This document shows positions 50,957-62,563 of a stretch of DNA of 64,000 nt, one piece after another. Location: positions 62,001 to 126,000 of the forward strand of contig QPMI01000032.1 of the NCBI GenBank assembly GCA_004431415.1, given 5' to 3'. The DNA is from Cyanophora paradoxa CCMP329 (taxonomy: Eukaryota; Plantae; Glaucophyta). The notes beneath the pieces are model-generated. The model was given only the letters and a program-made list of their open reading frames with translations, had not been told where the DNA came from and did not search any database. Every line of letters starts with the position of its first letter. Positions within the stretch are counted from its first letter, which is position 1. The translations under genes were made by a program, and so were the position numbers.

Positions 50957-51735
50957 ATGGAGGTGGCCAACAGTGTCTTCCGCTGCTACGTGCTGTCGCG
51001 GCCGGCTTCGAGACCGCCTCTGGCGGTTGGGGGGCTCGTCGTTGCCTCCGCCGACGACGCCTCCTGGCTCGGACTCGCGCGCGGCCGGCTTTCTGCGGGC
51101 GCCGTCGCGCTTGTGCTCCCGCCGGACGGATACCGGCACGCCGCGTCCACCTGGCCGTCTGGAGCAGCCCCCGACGTCGCCGGTCTCGTGTCTGTGCTCG
51201 GAGCGGCTGAAAGGCCCCTGCTCATCCTCGTCCGCGAGCTCCCCGACCGGCCTGGCTTCCCCCCCATCCGCGAGGAGACCGTCACCTTCGCTTTAGCAAC
51301 CGTCGAAGCACTCGCGGCTGCGCGGCAGGATCGCTTCGTCGTTCGCTTTGTCGGGTGCGCGAACATTCATTCAACTGGACTGCCCATATCTAAATCTCAC
51401 CTCTGTTTCATGATTGCCACGGCAGACCTGCAATCGAGGACCTCCACATGGGAGTCCTCACGCGCCTCCGAGACGCCGGCCTCGTGGATATCGAACTTCA
51501 AGACCTTGTCTACCAGATGCGCGGCGGAAGCGAGCAGCGCGCCAGCCGCGTGGCTCTGCAGGCGCTCGAGGCGGCGGGCCGCCTCACCATGCTCTCGCAG
51601 CAGGGCCCTCTTCAGGACCGGCGCCGCTGGCTGCCGCTCACCCGCACGGCCGACTTCCGCCCCGACCCCCTCCAGACGGCCTGGATCGCCTATGTTTACG
51701 GCGAGCCCTCTGCAGACAGCACCATCATTTTTTAG
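50957..51735 (+). CDS. Hypothetical protein (at least 2 exons; upstream exons likely)
   Basis: Host-like codon usage; intron ~51355-51426 joins ...VVRFVG to PAIEDLHMGVL...STIIF*. Confidence 0.45.
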
Positions 51736-52588
51736 CCAGCTGTTCAGGAGTAGGGGTAGGCCGTGCGAACACAGTTGATGCGCAGAGTTTTTCCGCTCCA
51801 GAACAATCTTTCATATACAGTGCACTCAATCTCGAAGTTCATTCAGGCTTTTCTTTATTCGGTTAGATCGCAGCGTCTGCTTATCAGCCCTTTTCTACTC
51901 TTTACAATCCATATAATCTGTCTCTATCTTTACTACTTCAATTGCAACCTGCCGCGCGCGCTGGGCCGGGGTCGATCTACATCTGCCCGGCGGCCCCGTG
52001 CATGTTCGTGCCACTACTACTCTTTCATTAGATCCAGATTCCCCCCTTGCACCCCCGGCGCGCCAAAACGCGGCCGGGCCACTAGTTAATCGACGCGAAA
52101 ATCATACTATGATACGTATACGGCCTGGTCGCGCGCCGCGAAATTCAGCCTGCGCAAGATCTAGATCTACCCCGCTTCAAGGCTTAAGCTTGCAGCCGCT
52201 GAGCTGGCAGTGAACTTGGAACGATCATGGTCATCGGATATCGATTTCGCAATCGATTGCAATTTCCGAAGTTCGCAACAACAAGAAGCACATGTACACA
52301 CGTACAATTTGCACAGGCAAGGGCTAAGGCGGCTTAAGCTTGTGTAATTGCAACCCCGTGCGCATGCCACGGTACCGGTGACCATGCATATGTGCGCTAT
52401 AGCTATTATTAGAAGCTTGAGGGAAACAGATATCGATCATGATCAGCGACTTGCATTTAATATATTGACATGATCACGAGCCTCGGAGCCGGGCTCATCT
52501 CAGCGGCTCGAGCTCCTGCATGCAGGAGATCTAGACCTGAACTGAAGCTAGCCGCGTGCACTGCGGCATCTGATGATTAGTGTTACGA

Positions 52589-53317
52589 TCAGAACGCAAG
52601 GCCGTCGGCGTCGGCGTCGTCTGCGACGGCAGACGCGTGGGCGGGCTCAACGCCAGTCTCGAAGAAGCCCAGGTCGTCGTCCAGCTCATAGGCCGCCGCA
52701 CCGTCGACGTCGACGTCGACGTCGTCGACGGCTTCCGCGGCGATCGAAAGGCCGCTCTGCGACCGGCCCGGCGGGCTCGAGCCCATTCCGAAAAATGGGG
52801 GCGGAGCGCGAGCTCGAGAGCGGCAGCGGGTGCGCAGCGCACGGACCGTAAGTTCGTCCCGGATAAGCTCCTGCTGCTCGGCGGTGAGGCTCCCGTAGGC
52901 CTGCACAATTGCGGCCCCCACAGCTTGCAGTTGAATCTGCGCGGAAACATTAAATTGCCGCGCTATAGCTAGCGCTGCGCTGGTTGCAATTGCCGGCGCC
53001 GTTTGCGGGGCCCGACGGTCGCGCACGTTAGAGTCGTCGATCGCTAACGCGTACGTGTCCGGGAATTCGAAGGAATTCGAAACAGCCTCTACAAGCTGCG
53101 CAAGCCCCGTGGTCAGTCGTTTATGATCATGCCCCGAAGCAATCGCGGATGCGCAATTTGCCTATGTACAGACCGCAAATATATTCGGGAATTGCGTCTT
53201 GAGGACGTGCTTGTTGCTTTCGATGAAAGTCAGCACCGCGCGCTGGGTTTCGGGCGAGCTGAGATCCAAATGGAGGAAGCTGGCCGCAGTCTGCAGCGTC
53301 TGGTCTAAGCTGTTCAT
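52589..53317 (-). CDS. Hypothetical multi-exon protein with acidic C-terminus
   Basis: Exon-like blocks MNSLDQTLQTAASF..., ...ARQFNVSAQIQLQAVG... and ...DDADADGLAF*. Confidence 0.4.
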
Positions 53318-53811
53318 GTTGTTCGAGGTCTCTGCTTTCGTGATCAATATGAATTATAATGGCAAGAGATAATCATGAGGAGCTCGAGCTCAGGCTGGGC
53401 CGGGCACTAGTACTCGCCGTGCACGCACGTGCACGTGCCACGTGGGTCGTGCTGCACAGCCGGCGCCTGCGCTAGCGCGGCAGCACTGCAGCAGTAGCCG
53501 TAGCTATAGTAGCGCTGCGCAGCTCAGGCTGCTCGAGCCTCGAGCTCAGCCGCCTCAGCGGGCTACCACTGCCTACCAGGCTGAGCCTGGCTGACCGTCG
53601 GACAGCGGCTGCTAGGCTAATACTATATATATTCGTACTAATTTCGTACTGCGGTAGTTGGCTACCGTGTACCGTCGACTTACCGACGTTACTTAGGACT
53701 CTTAAGTTAGGAGTCGGTTTTCTTGTTACCAGAAGGTGTCCATCTATGATCCATATCATGATCATATGCATCATTCGAATTGAACCACTCATGATCATAA
53801 AACATCATCAG

Positions 53812-53941
53812 ATTTTGGCTCTTTGTCTTATCTTTCTTCGTGCTCTTGTCTTAGTTATTTTGCTTTTTTGTCTTTATGCCCCCTGGGCAGCCCCCGCAGT
53901 GCTGGTGTCTAGAGACTGTGGCCGGTAATTCACCAAAAAAA
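53812..53941 (+). mobile_element. Same retroposon family as 25.0/25.7 kb, 130-bp copy C
   Basis: Ends ...GGCCGGTAATTCACC plus poly(A); flanked by ATCATCAG at 53804-53811 and 53942-53949. Confidence 0.8.
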
Positions 53942-54577
53942 ATCATCAGCAAATTAAAAAAAGCTGAAAAGGCTAGAAGGCTAGTAGAAGCCTATAGCTA
54001 GTAGTAGAAGGGCCAAAATGGGCTAGTATGAGGATACTAAGAGCTACTTCGCCAAAAAGGGGCTGCGCATGCTAGACATTGCTAGTACGTAGCTGACTCA
54101 GTGACAAGTTCACTGACAACTCAGTTGAACTAACTGTGGACGCAGAAAGTTTTCCCAGCGCCAATTGCAATCATTTTTGAATTGCAAGTTGAACCGCCCA
54201 CTTTCCGAACACTGCCAGCAGACTGGCAGCAGTACTAGTGCTGTCATTATAACGTACTCACTGAGTCATTACGTGACACGTTAAAACGTGACGTTATAAC
54301 GCGTTATAACGACCCCAGAGATCATAGTGGAGTATTACGCCATGGCTACATAAACGAAAAATCCCGAAATAATACAAATACATTCGAATTCCCCACGATA
54401 TTCAGTAATACATACTTTTCATCGATAAATTCAATCGAGATATTCCCACTGACTCACTGATATCATCAATCATTTCATTAAACCCCTGACGATATTCAGT
54501 AACAAAAACAAAAAAATCACGCCATGGCTACAATTACATCTTTATCATCTTTATCATATTTCATTTCCATTTCCCAC

Positions 54578-55642
54578 TTACCTCGATTGCTTTATCGTTT
54601 TACTTCTCAGATTATACTTCTTCCTTACAACATTCTTTCGATTCGGCTTGATCCCTTCTTTCGCTAATTTGCGATTTACTTCATTCGTTTTCGCAACTCT
54701 TATAATCCTCTTTTGATCAGGAATCTTAATAACATCAGCCTTACTCACTTTCTGTAACTCGTTCTTTTTAAAACGTCTCTTAACTTCCTTTACTTCTCCA
54801 TCCATATTTTCTAATACTTTGAACCTATTGTTATCTTTTGCACCAATTGTATATACTTTCTTGCTAAACCTTGCACCTTCTTTATCAAATATCCCTTTGG
54901 GCTCCAACACCCGAACAGTATCGCCTTGTTTCACATCAACTTGTTCAGTATCTTTCACTTGGTCGTTATGCACTGAATCCCGCAAGTAAATATATAGCTG
55001 CTTATGGTCACTATTATATACATTGTTTGGGGTGTCGTTCTTCAAAGAAGAATGAGGGGAACTGTTGTATGTGTCTAAAACTTCTTTCACTAAATCGAGC
55101 CATTTCGAGCTTCCCTTTGCAATCATTGCCTTTCTCAGATACTGCTTAAAAGAAATCGTAAATCTATCTATGATACCTAACTTGTTGCCTACCGAAATGT
55201 GGTCGTCTTTTGCTACATCTGTGTAGAGTTCCACACCATTTGCGCTGCACCATTCACGATAAACTCTCTGTGAAAACTCATTATCTCCCGCCAATCCTAC
55301 AACTTTCCCGGCATCCTGCTTAAACCTATCTAAAATGCCCTGAATTTCGGAAGACTCTTTGAAAGGATACACGAATGCTCTCCTGCTCAAAATCTCAATG
55401 AAACTAAGCGCCTCACCAATGCCTCTATTAGCTGTTTGAAATCCTCTAAAAAACATAATGTCTACTTGAAATGATCGGGGTCTCGCTACAATACGTAAAA
55501 AGCTCTTTGGTCTTTTTGGTTTCTTGAAAATCTGTTGTAGTTCCGAGTTCTCGAACTGTTTTTTTAGTTTCGCCTCGTCAAAACTTACACCTTCATTAAT
55601 TAGTTTCTGCCTGTATTTCTTGTATGATAACACTGTATCCAT
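54578..55642 (-). CDS. rve-type (Polinton-like) integrase, copy 1
   Basis: FQVDIMF, GDNEF, LGIIDRF (third acidic residue D), YNSSPHSSL..TP, and C-terminal VKQGDTVRV..KGIFDK..FSKKVYTI. ATG at 55642. Confidence 0.9.
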   Translation of the reverse strand: MDTVLSYKKYRQKLINEGVSFDEAKLKKQFENSELQQIFKKPKRPKSFLRIVARPRSFQVDIMFFRGFQTANRGIGEALSFIEILSRRAFVYPFKESSEIQGILDRFKQDAGKVVGLAGDNEFSQRVYREWCSANGVELYTDVAKDDHISVGNKLGIIDRFTISFKQYLRKAMIAKGSSKWLDLVKEVLDTYNSSPHSSLKNDTPNNVYNSDHKQLYIYLRDSVHNDQVKDTEQVDVKQGDTVRVLEPKGIFDKEGARFSKKVYTIGAKDNNRFKVLENMDGEVKEVKRRFKKNELQKVSKADVIKIPDQKRIIRVAKTNEVNRKLAKEGIKPNRKNVVRKKYNLRSKTIKQSR

Positions 55643-58600
55643 CACTGAGCCGCACAGTTACACTTAATATGAGAGAGGGAAATATTACCGATAACATGAG
55701 CGACCGCATTGTTTTCGCGGTCAACCGAGACCTCATCGTAATCCATAATTTGGAAGCATCGCCAACAAAGCCCATTCTGAATTCCGAATCTTTGCTTTAT
55801 CCATGGATAAGTAACATACATAGATTCGACGAAATCGCGACCTGCAACCTTGTCTTGATGTTTATAACCTTGAATCAGTCTATGCATTCTTGATTTGAAA
55901 GCGCCCATATCATAAATCTCGCTTCCATCCACACAAATCACGGTGTCCTTCAAATATGGTGTCCTGGTCAGTGCGACCCACAACCAATATTTGGTGACGT
56001 GGGGCGATTGCGCCTCGAAAACAACCACCCGCTTATTTTTTACGGTGTCACCTTGCACAACGTGACACGTATTTGCATAGGGAAGCGTGAAATGCTTGAT
56101 TGAATCGTATGGAAGCGTTATTTTAATGCTTTCATCTGCGTAGTCTGAAATCGTAAGCGTGGTTTCGTTCAGATCCTCGATGATATACGAGAATCCATTA
56201 TGGATGATTACACTCTCGTCATCTGCCGTCTTCCCTTTCGTCAGGCGCTGCTTTGCTATAATTTCGAGCCCTTTAAAATGAGTTGGCGTATCTATACCAT
56301 ACTTAATGCGGTGGATCATAGCATTAACCTGTGCTGCTTTGCGGTTTGTGTAAGTAATAGCTCTATCGTCAGGTCGCAACTGATCAGGCGAAATAACAGG
56401 TATGTTATGCTTTGCAAGGAATGCGGATATGTCCATGTTCTTTTCGAATAAATCTTGCTTCCATTCGAGAATCTTTTCGCGATCTTCTGGCAAAATGTGG
56501 CGCTTATTCACATGCAACTCTAACAAGCTCGGGAAGAGCTGCTCAAAGATCTCGTTATAATATTCCTTCTGATCCACACTAAGGAACTGAATAGGTGGAT
56601 TTTGCAACGGGTCACCATTCAGAATGTAGGTCTTGTCAGGGTAGGCGACTTTCATCATGTGTTTCAGTGCTGCAAGCTGTGGTATGCTAAGCTGGTAGCC
56701 TTCATCCATAACAATGCATTGATAAGGTGCAATCTTGCTTGCATTCGCACCCACAACATCATCCATTTGGGAATCATCGATTTTCAGATTGAACGCACCA
56801 TGAATGGTCATCACATTCTCCAAACCATCTTCGACTTTCATTTCTTTGACACGCTTGTTAGTGGGCGTGATATATAAGCAACTGTCGAATTTGCCACCGA
56901 TCGCCTTGCTCACATACGACTTTCCGGTTCCTGGGGCATTTCCCTCAATTCTTATGCCTTTCCCTTTGGAAAGCATCATATCACATATCGCTTTTGTGTC
57001 AAATTCATCGGGAACCGTATATGTTGTGCAATCATTCTTTCTCACAGTAACGAAATCCCTCAGTCTCTCCGGCTTGAAGAATCGAATCATTCCATTTGTC
57101 CTCTTTGTCTCAAGCTTCTTATGTAAGATCTTATTGCAATACTCATTGAAAGATATAGGTTTCGTGCTGAAACGTCCGATATTCTCATGCTTCGTGCGAT
57201 CGAATTTAACTTCTTCTACATCTAAGCTTTCGTCGATTGCCTCATAGACTGCATCAACTTTAAGAGCCATAATGACACCCTTTGATTCCCTGCACTTCTT
57301 ATACAGATCCATTCGTTGTTTTGAATAGACCATATTTTGGATTGGAAGGAATCCATCTTTTAGTAGCCTTTCTTCTATTTTCTCCACATACCAAATGTGT
57401 GGGTCTGTTATCTCGTCAGCTGCAACAATGCGATCTGGGTTTTCGTAATCTTCAATTGCATGTTCTTCTTCAATTTCGGGTTTAACCTGATTTTTCCTTT
57501 GTTTTCGTTCTTCATAAGCTTGAATCCATTTTTCGTAGTTTGAGACTTTGATTTGAGATTCGGTTTTGGCTTCTGTGGATTGATTGGGCTTCTTCTCACC
57601 GAGCCACAGTAATTTGACGTCGCCACCATGCTTTCTGGCAAACTCGATAGCATCCGATTTTAGGAAAAACGGTTTGGTTCGCGATCTCTGATTCTTTTGT
57701 TTCCCGAGCATTCCAATAATACTTACAAGAATCTGCTTCTTCTCAGTTTCGCTAAGGTTGCTCTCTAAGATCTGTTTGATAACATATTTAACAACGTTCT
57801 TGACAATTCGATATGGTTTTAAGATGTATTTTACATCGATTATGTCTATCAGGTCATCAAAGTATTCTTTGAGCATGATCCCTGGGATCAGGTTACATGG
57901 TGAATCTATGAGAATTCGCTTTGCTTTGGGATATCTGTATTGCACCCACTCCTTTCCAGTAGAGTCCTTCTTAATAAGGTATTGTCCTTTCTTCAAAGTC
58001 ACGTAGTAGAAGCTGTAAGGTTCCACATCGGCGACTGATTGTATGGACACATCCTTAAAGTCATCGAATTCGCTAAATACCGGGAAATACTCAAACGAAT
58101 TTACGTGACCTGCATAGGCTTTGCAACCATCGTGTTCGAACATTTTCAGGCACCCATCATTCAAATCCTTAATGATTTCGGCGGAATCTTCAAAGCGACC
58201 ATTTAAGGCACTCTGGGAACCGACCACGAAAGCATTTCGTGTGCTTTCGTTGTAGGAACTCTTCAAGGATCTGTTAATTAATGCTTCGTAGAACATGTTA
58301 TTATATTTGGTAAATGCATCCCGCTGCTCTGAGTTCTCGAACTGCAAGTGGTAAGCTGTCTCAACTTCGACTTCTGGGCACACAGGTATAATGATGACAT
58401 CCTTGTTCTGATACTTGAACCTTATGCTTTGGATGGATCCGAGAACCGAAATTCTGGCATCAGCTATGTAATTATGCACTGTCAGGAAGGAAGCATACAA
58501 TTTAGTCAGACCACCTGCACCACCGTAATTGATGCGGATAAGGTTCTTTTTTGTCGCCTCATCTGATTGGAGAATACCTACAATATGATCCTCATTGGCT

Positions 58601-58818
58601 GCGAAAAAACTACCACTGTTGTTATCGTTTCTTCTTAGCCTGTATCTGCAACCCAACGGCATATCTTTCTCAGTAGGCTTAGATCCATTGAAAGATTGAA
58701 TGAGGCTCTCAACATTATTATTGAGTAAATACATGTGTCCATTTTGAACTTTGACATACATGGTGGATGGTCGGAGGAATTTGTTCCTCGTTCTCTTTCC
58801 GTTTGCATCCACAGGAAT
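55642..58818 (-). pseudogene. 3' part of a vOTU-like/pPolB/SF1 helicase/HNH fusion gene, disrupted by insertion
   Basis: NGHMY; PolB-like motifs A HDGCKAY, B KQILVSIIGMLGK, C ALKVDAVY; helicase GNAPGTGKS, IVMDEG, GDPLQNPP, YANTCHVVQGDT, WVALTR; C-terminal CWRC..VDRENNAVAH...N...H..CN. Confidence 0.85.
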
Positions 58819-61640
58819 TTTTTTCACAAAGCCCATATCAAGGGCGGTGGCGATTGTATTTGTTCAGTAACATCATCGTACGCACTACCGGTTCGGAATA
58901 GGCCGAACTCTGGGTCAGAGCATAACCTGAGGCCGGAACACAGGGATAGGCGCCTCGACGCTACAGCTGAGCGTTTCTCTTGTGGGGGGAGGCGTGGGAG
59001 GGGGTCGTAGGTGTGAGTGTAGACGTACAGTTGGGAGTCGTGGCGCCATGGGGGCCAAGCTTATCAGTCAGGGGAGAGCGGGGCGGGGAGGGAGGGGGGG
59101 AGGGGAGCGGCGCGGGCTAGGGTAGCGGGCGCGCCCCCCGATTTTTATTGCGTGTGGGGCGCGGGGTGGGTGTGGGCCGGGTAGGGGCTTTATCGGGTAT
59201 GCCGCGGCCGCGGGGACGGGCGGTGGCGGGCGGGGTGGGCACCCTAGGAGGGTCAGGGGACAGAGGGGCGTGGCGGGGGCGCAGGCCGTGGAGCTAGTCT
59301 GTCGCAAGCGTCCGGGCCGGAGAGATGCTTAGGGAGGTGGGGCGAACCCGTAGGCGGGCAAGGCTTAATGCGAGGGCGGGTAGGGGGGTGTCATTGCTTC
59401 ATGGAGCTATCTAACTCAGAGAGGAGGGCGGCGGGCTTGTCACAAGGCCCCTTTCTTCGGCAGTCATGCTACCGCAAATTGTAGAGAGAGGAAAGAGAAA
59501 GAAATCGGGGGCCGAAAGGGTAAAAGTGCCGAGAGAGGAAATTTCTACGCTGCCGCGTTGTCGGCGGCGGCCGCCCGGCGGCCGGCCAGGAGGGCCTCGA
59601 TGGCGGCGGGGCCCCCGAGGGCCCAGGTGAGCTCGGCGAGCACGCGCTGGGCCGCCTGGTAGTTGGTAAGCGAGATGGTGGCCGGCCCAGGGCCGGGGGC
59701 GGGGGCCGGGCCCGGGGCGGGCGCGGGGGCGGCGGCCGGTGCCGGGGCGGCGGCGGCGGCGACGGCGGCGGCAGCGGCGGCGGCGGCAGCAGCGGCAGCG
59801 GTGGCGGCGTTGGCGGCAGCAGCGGGGGCGGCCGCGGCGGCCGCGGCGGCGGGGCGGGGGCGGCGGCACCGCCCTCGCGCTTCTTGACGGCGTCGGGGCC
59901 GAAGCGCTCGATCGCGCGCTTGTGGGACTGGGCGGCGATGTCCGCCGCGAGCTGGGCGGCCTCCTCGGGGTCTTGTCCTCGTTAAGGGCGCTGAGGCGGT
60001 TGAGCCGGCGCGCCCCCGTCGAGTGGCCGGGGCGGTAGGACGCGCGGCCACCCCGTCGGGGTAGTTGATGCGGTGCTCCCGGGATCGAGATCTTCTTGCT
60101 GTTCTTGGTGGCCTCGAGGGCCACCGAGTCGGGGCCGCCCCCTATAGCTATATATATGCAAATGATCATGAGCTCAAGGGCCTATATAGCTAGCTATGCG
60201 CTTGTACGCATGCAGTATATATATACCGTACGCGGACCCTGTCCTGGTTCTCTTGTTAAACGTTTAGACTCTGAGAGATTTGCATGCAAGTTCGAGCTCG
60301 AGCGAGGGTGCCCAGCTCCCTCGTGCAGTTAAAATCTTTCGAATCGCTCCACTAGGGGGCCAAGCTTTTAAGGGCCTCCTAAAGCAGACGGGGGCCGACT
60401 TATTCGTGTGTATATCGATATCGCAGGCGCCCCTCAAGCTCGCCGACCGTATAGGAGGCTTGCATCGCGGGGGGTGTGCAGGGGACCGGTCGCCTCGTGG
60501 GGGAGGGGCCGGCGGGCATGAGGGGCGGGCGGCGCGGGGCCTGGCAGCGACCGCCGGGGACGCACTGCCCGCCGCTGGGAAGTCTTCGACGGAGCCGGGG
60601 ATTCCGGGTCCGATAGTGGGCGAGCGCCATCAGGCTCGGACCCCACGAGGGCGGGTCCCGGCGAGGCCGGGCCCTGAGGCAGGCGAGCGCCGTCTGGCTC
60701 AGACCCCGCGGTGGTAGCTGGGCGAGCGTTTGAGTGCTCATGCGCCCGGGTAGACGTAGGGGACGTCGGCTTGCATGCCGGCGCCAGCGGCGCCAGGGGA
60801 ACGATTTGCATAGGCGCCAGCGGCGCCAGCAGAGGCGGCATCACAGCTCGGGGCTCTGTCCACTGCCGCGTCTTGGGGCGCTTGCTCCGCGTCCCGCCAG
60901 AGGCCTGCGAGCGTCGCGCACGCGTCACGGAGAGCCAAGTGAGCGGGGGGGACGCGGCCCCGTGGTTCTTGAGTGTCGTGCTGGCGCGGGCGGCCCCGCG
61001 CACGGGCCGCCGGCGCCGGCGTGCTCTGTGGCCGTACGGGTCCGGCGTCAGAGTTCATAGAGGAGGGGCGCGGGCGGAGGGCGTGAGCGACGGGCGCGGG
61101 GAGGGTCCCGCATGATCGGCGGCAGCGGAGCCGGGTGCGTTGGCGGAGCCACGCGTCCGACTGCGCGGAGTCGAGTCGAGTTGTGCGTCGTGCGCTGTGG
61201 GCGTGGGCTCAGGCGAGCCGCGCATGCGCGGGTGGCATGCGTTGGCGGGAAGGCGGGCGGAGCGAGGACGGGAGCTTAAACGGGCGTATGTTGGCTCTAG
61301 ATGTTGTGGGGCGTCTCTCGGGCGCGCTCGGAGTGGCAGGAGAAGGCGGCGGGGACCGGCCCGTTTAAACACGTTACCGCGGGAGCTGGCGCGAGTCGCG
61401 GCGCCAACAGGGGCGCAGCTGCTCTTCGAGATGTCTGTGGTGTCGCTGCGGCTGTCGTTGCCCGCCCGGCGGACCTACTTTGCGCGTTCGGGCCGTGCTG
61501 GTCGTTGGGCGTCGGCGCCGCGAGTTTTGGGACCGGCCACGTGCAGTGCTAGCAGGCACCCTCGTTGGGGAAGCCCCACTGCGCCGGCTTACTCGCTCGC
61601 GGGCCTTCGCGCAATTTTCCGGGGTACCGGAATCGCGGCC
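58819..61640 (-). mobile_element. 2822-bp GC-rich retroposed insertion (non-autonomous, no RT seen)
   Basis: Perfect 14-bp TSD GCATCCACAGGAAT at 58805-58818 and 61641-61654; short A-tail on the minus strand; frameshifted Ala-rich ORF remnant at ~59545-60140. Confidence 0.88.
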
Positions 61641-62326
61641 GCATCCACAGGAATATAGGATAGGGCATAGTCCACTTTATCATTCTCGTCTAGTACTATC
61701 ATAGAAAGCTTGTATGGCTTCAGAAATGCATCGGTAATTTGTCGTAATGATAATCCCATATCGTCCCCATCAACAGGATCCCGACCATGCACCAATTTGA
61801 ACAAGAAGGCATGATTCAGCTTGATAGAAACGTAGCGCCCATAATCTTTGGCTTTTTCAAACGCTGGTGCAAATACAGCAATGATAGCATCATGCACACA
61901 TGATTTAATTCTCAATTCCTTGTTCTTTGTTTTATCAAAGAAATCACAGAATGACTTTGAGTTAACATCAAATTCGTAAGTAAGATACTTAGATGGGATC
62001 ATAGGCGCTTGATAGTCTCGTAAGATCTGGTCGATCCTGGGGATAAAGTCGTTATCGTTCTCAGGTCTTATCTTCTCGATTGTCAGGACATCACTGTAAG
62101 TGCCTGTGTGAACGTTTTTCAGATAAATTAAATCAGGGTTTCTATTACCAAACTGCATGTTTTCGAAAATGAATTGTTTGATTGCTTTTTTTTCGAAACA
62201 TGGGACATTGGTAAATGGTCTGTTCATAAGATCGAGGGATTTTATGAAAAGGTCTTTCTTCAATTTAACCGAATGGAATGAACCGTCTTTTCTGTCTTTG
62301 AGAACTTGGTAGTATCTGTCACCAGC
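61641..62326 (-). pseudogene. 5' part of the copy 1 fusion gene
   Basis: Open from 62326 with no ATG before the copy 2 junction. Contains KSCVHDAI and joins in frame across the TSD (YALSYIPVDA|NGKRT). Confidence 0.85.
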
Positions 62327-62563
62327 TCAGCACTGCGCCGTGTCTCCAAAAAAATCCCCGCGAAAAAATCAAAAACAAATCAAAAACAAACCATTCCCAG
62401 TAACCCTATTCGTATTCAACAGTAATCTCAGTAAGCCTCAGTAACAAAAATCGAATTAATCGAAGTTATATCTTAAATCTTATTTATCGAAGTTATATCA
62501 TAATCTCGATTAATTATATTTAATCGAAGTTATTTCCTTTTTATCCGCCGTGTCTCCCATGAT

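Larger units (their letters stand above)
54331..62328 (-). mobile_element. Polinton/Tlr1-like element, copy 1 (visible part; interrupted twice)
   Basis: Sharp drop to ~35-40% GC, intronless integrase and pPolB-helicase genes, putative terminus AGTATTACGCCATGGCTACA at 54331. Confidence 0.85.

Noticed and set aside
58819-58836. ATG start (MGFVKK) of the 1064-aa ORF
   Set aside because: It lies inside the retro-insertion tail; the true N-terminal part continues at 61641-62326.
61560-61640. HDV-like ribozyme at the 5' end of the retro-insertion
   Set aside because: Could not build the nested double pseudoknot by eye; a descriptor-based search would be needed.
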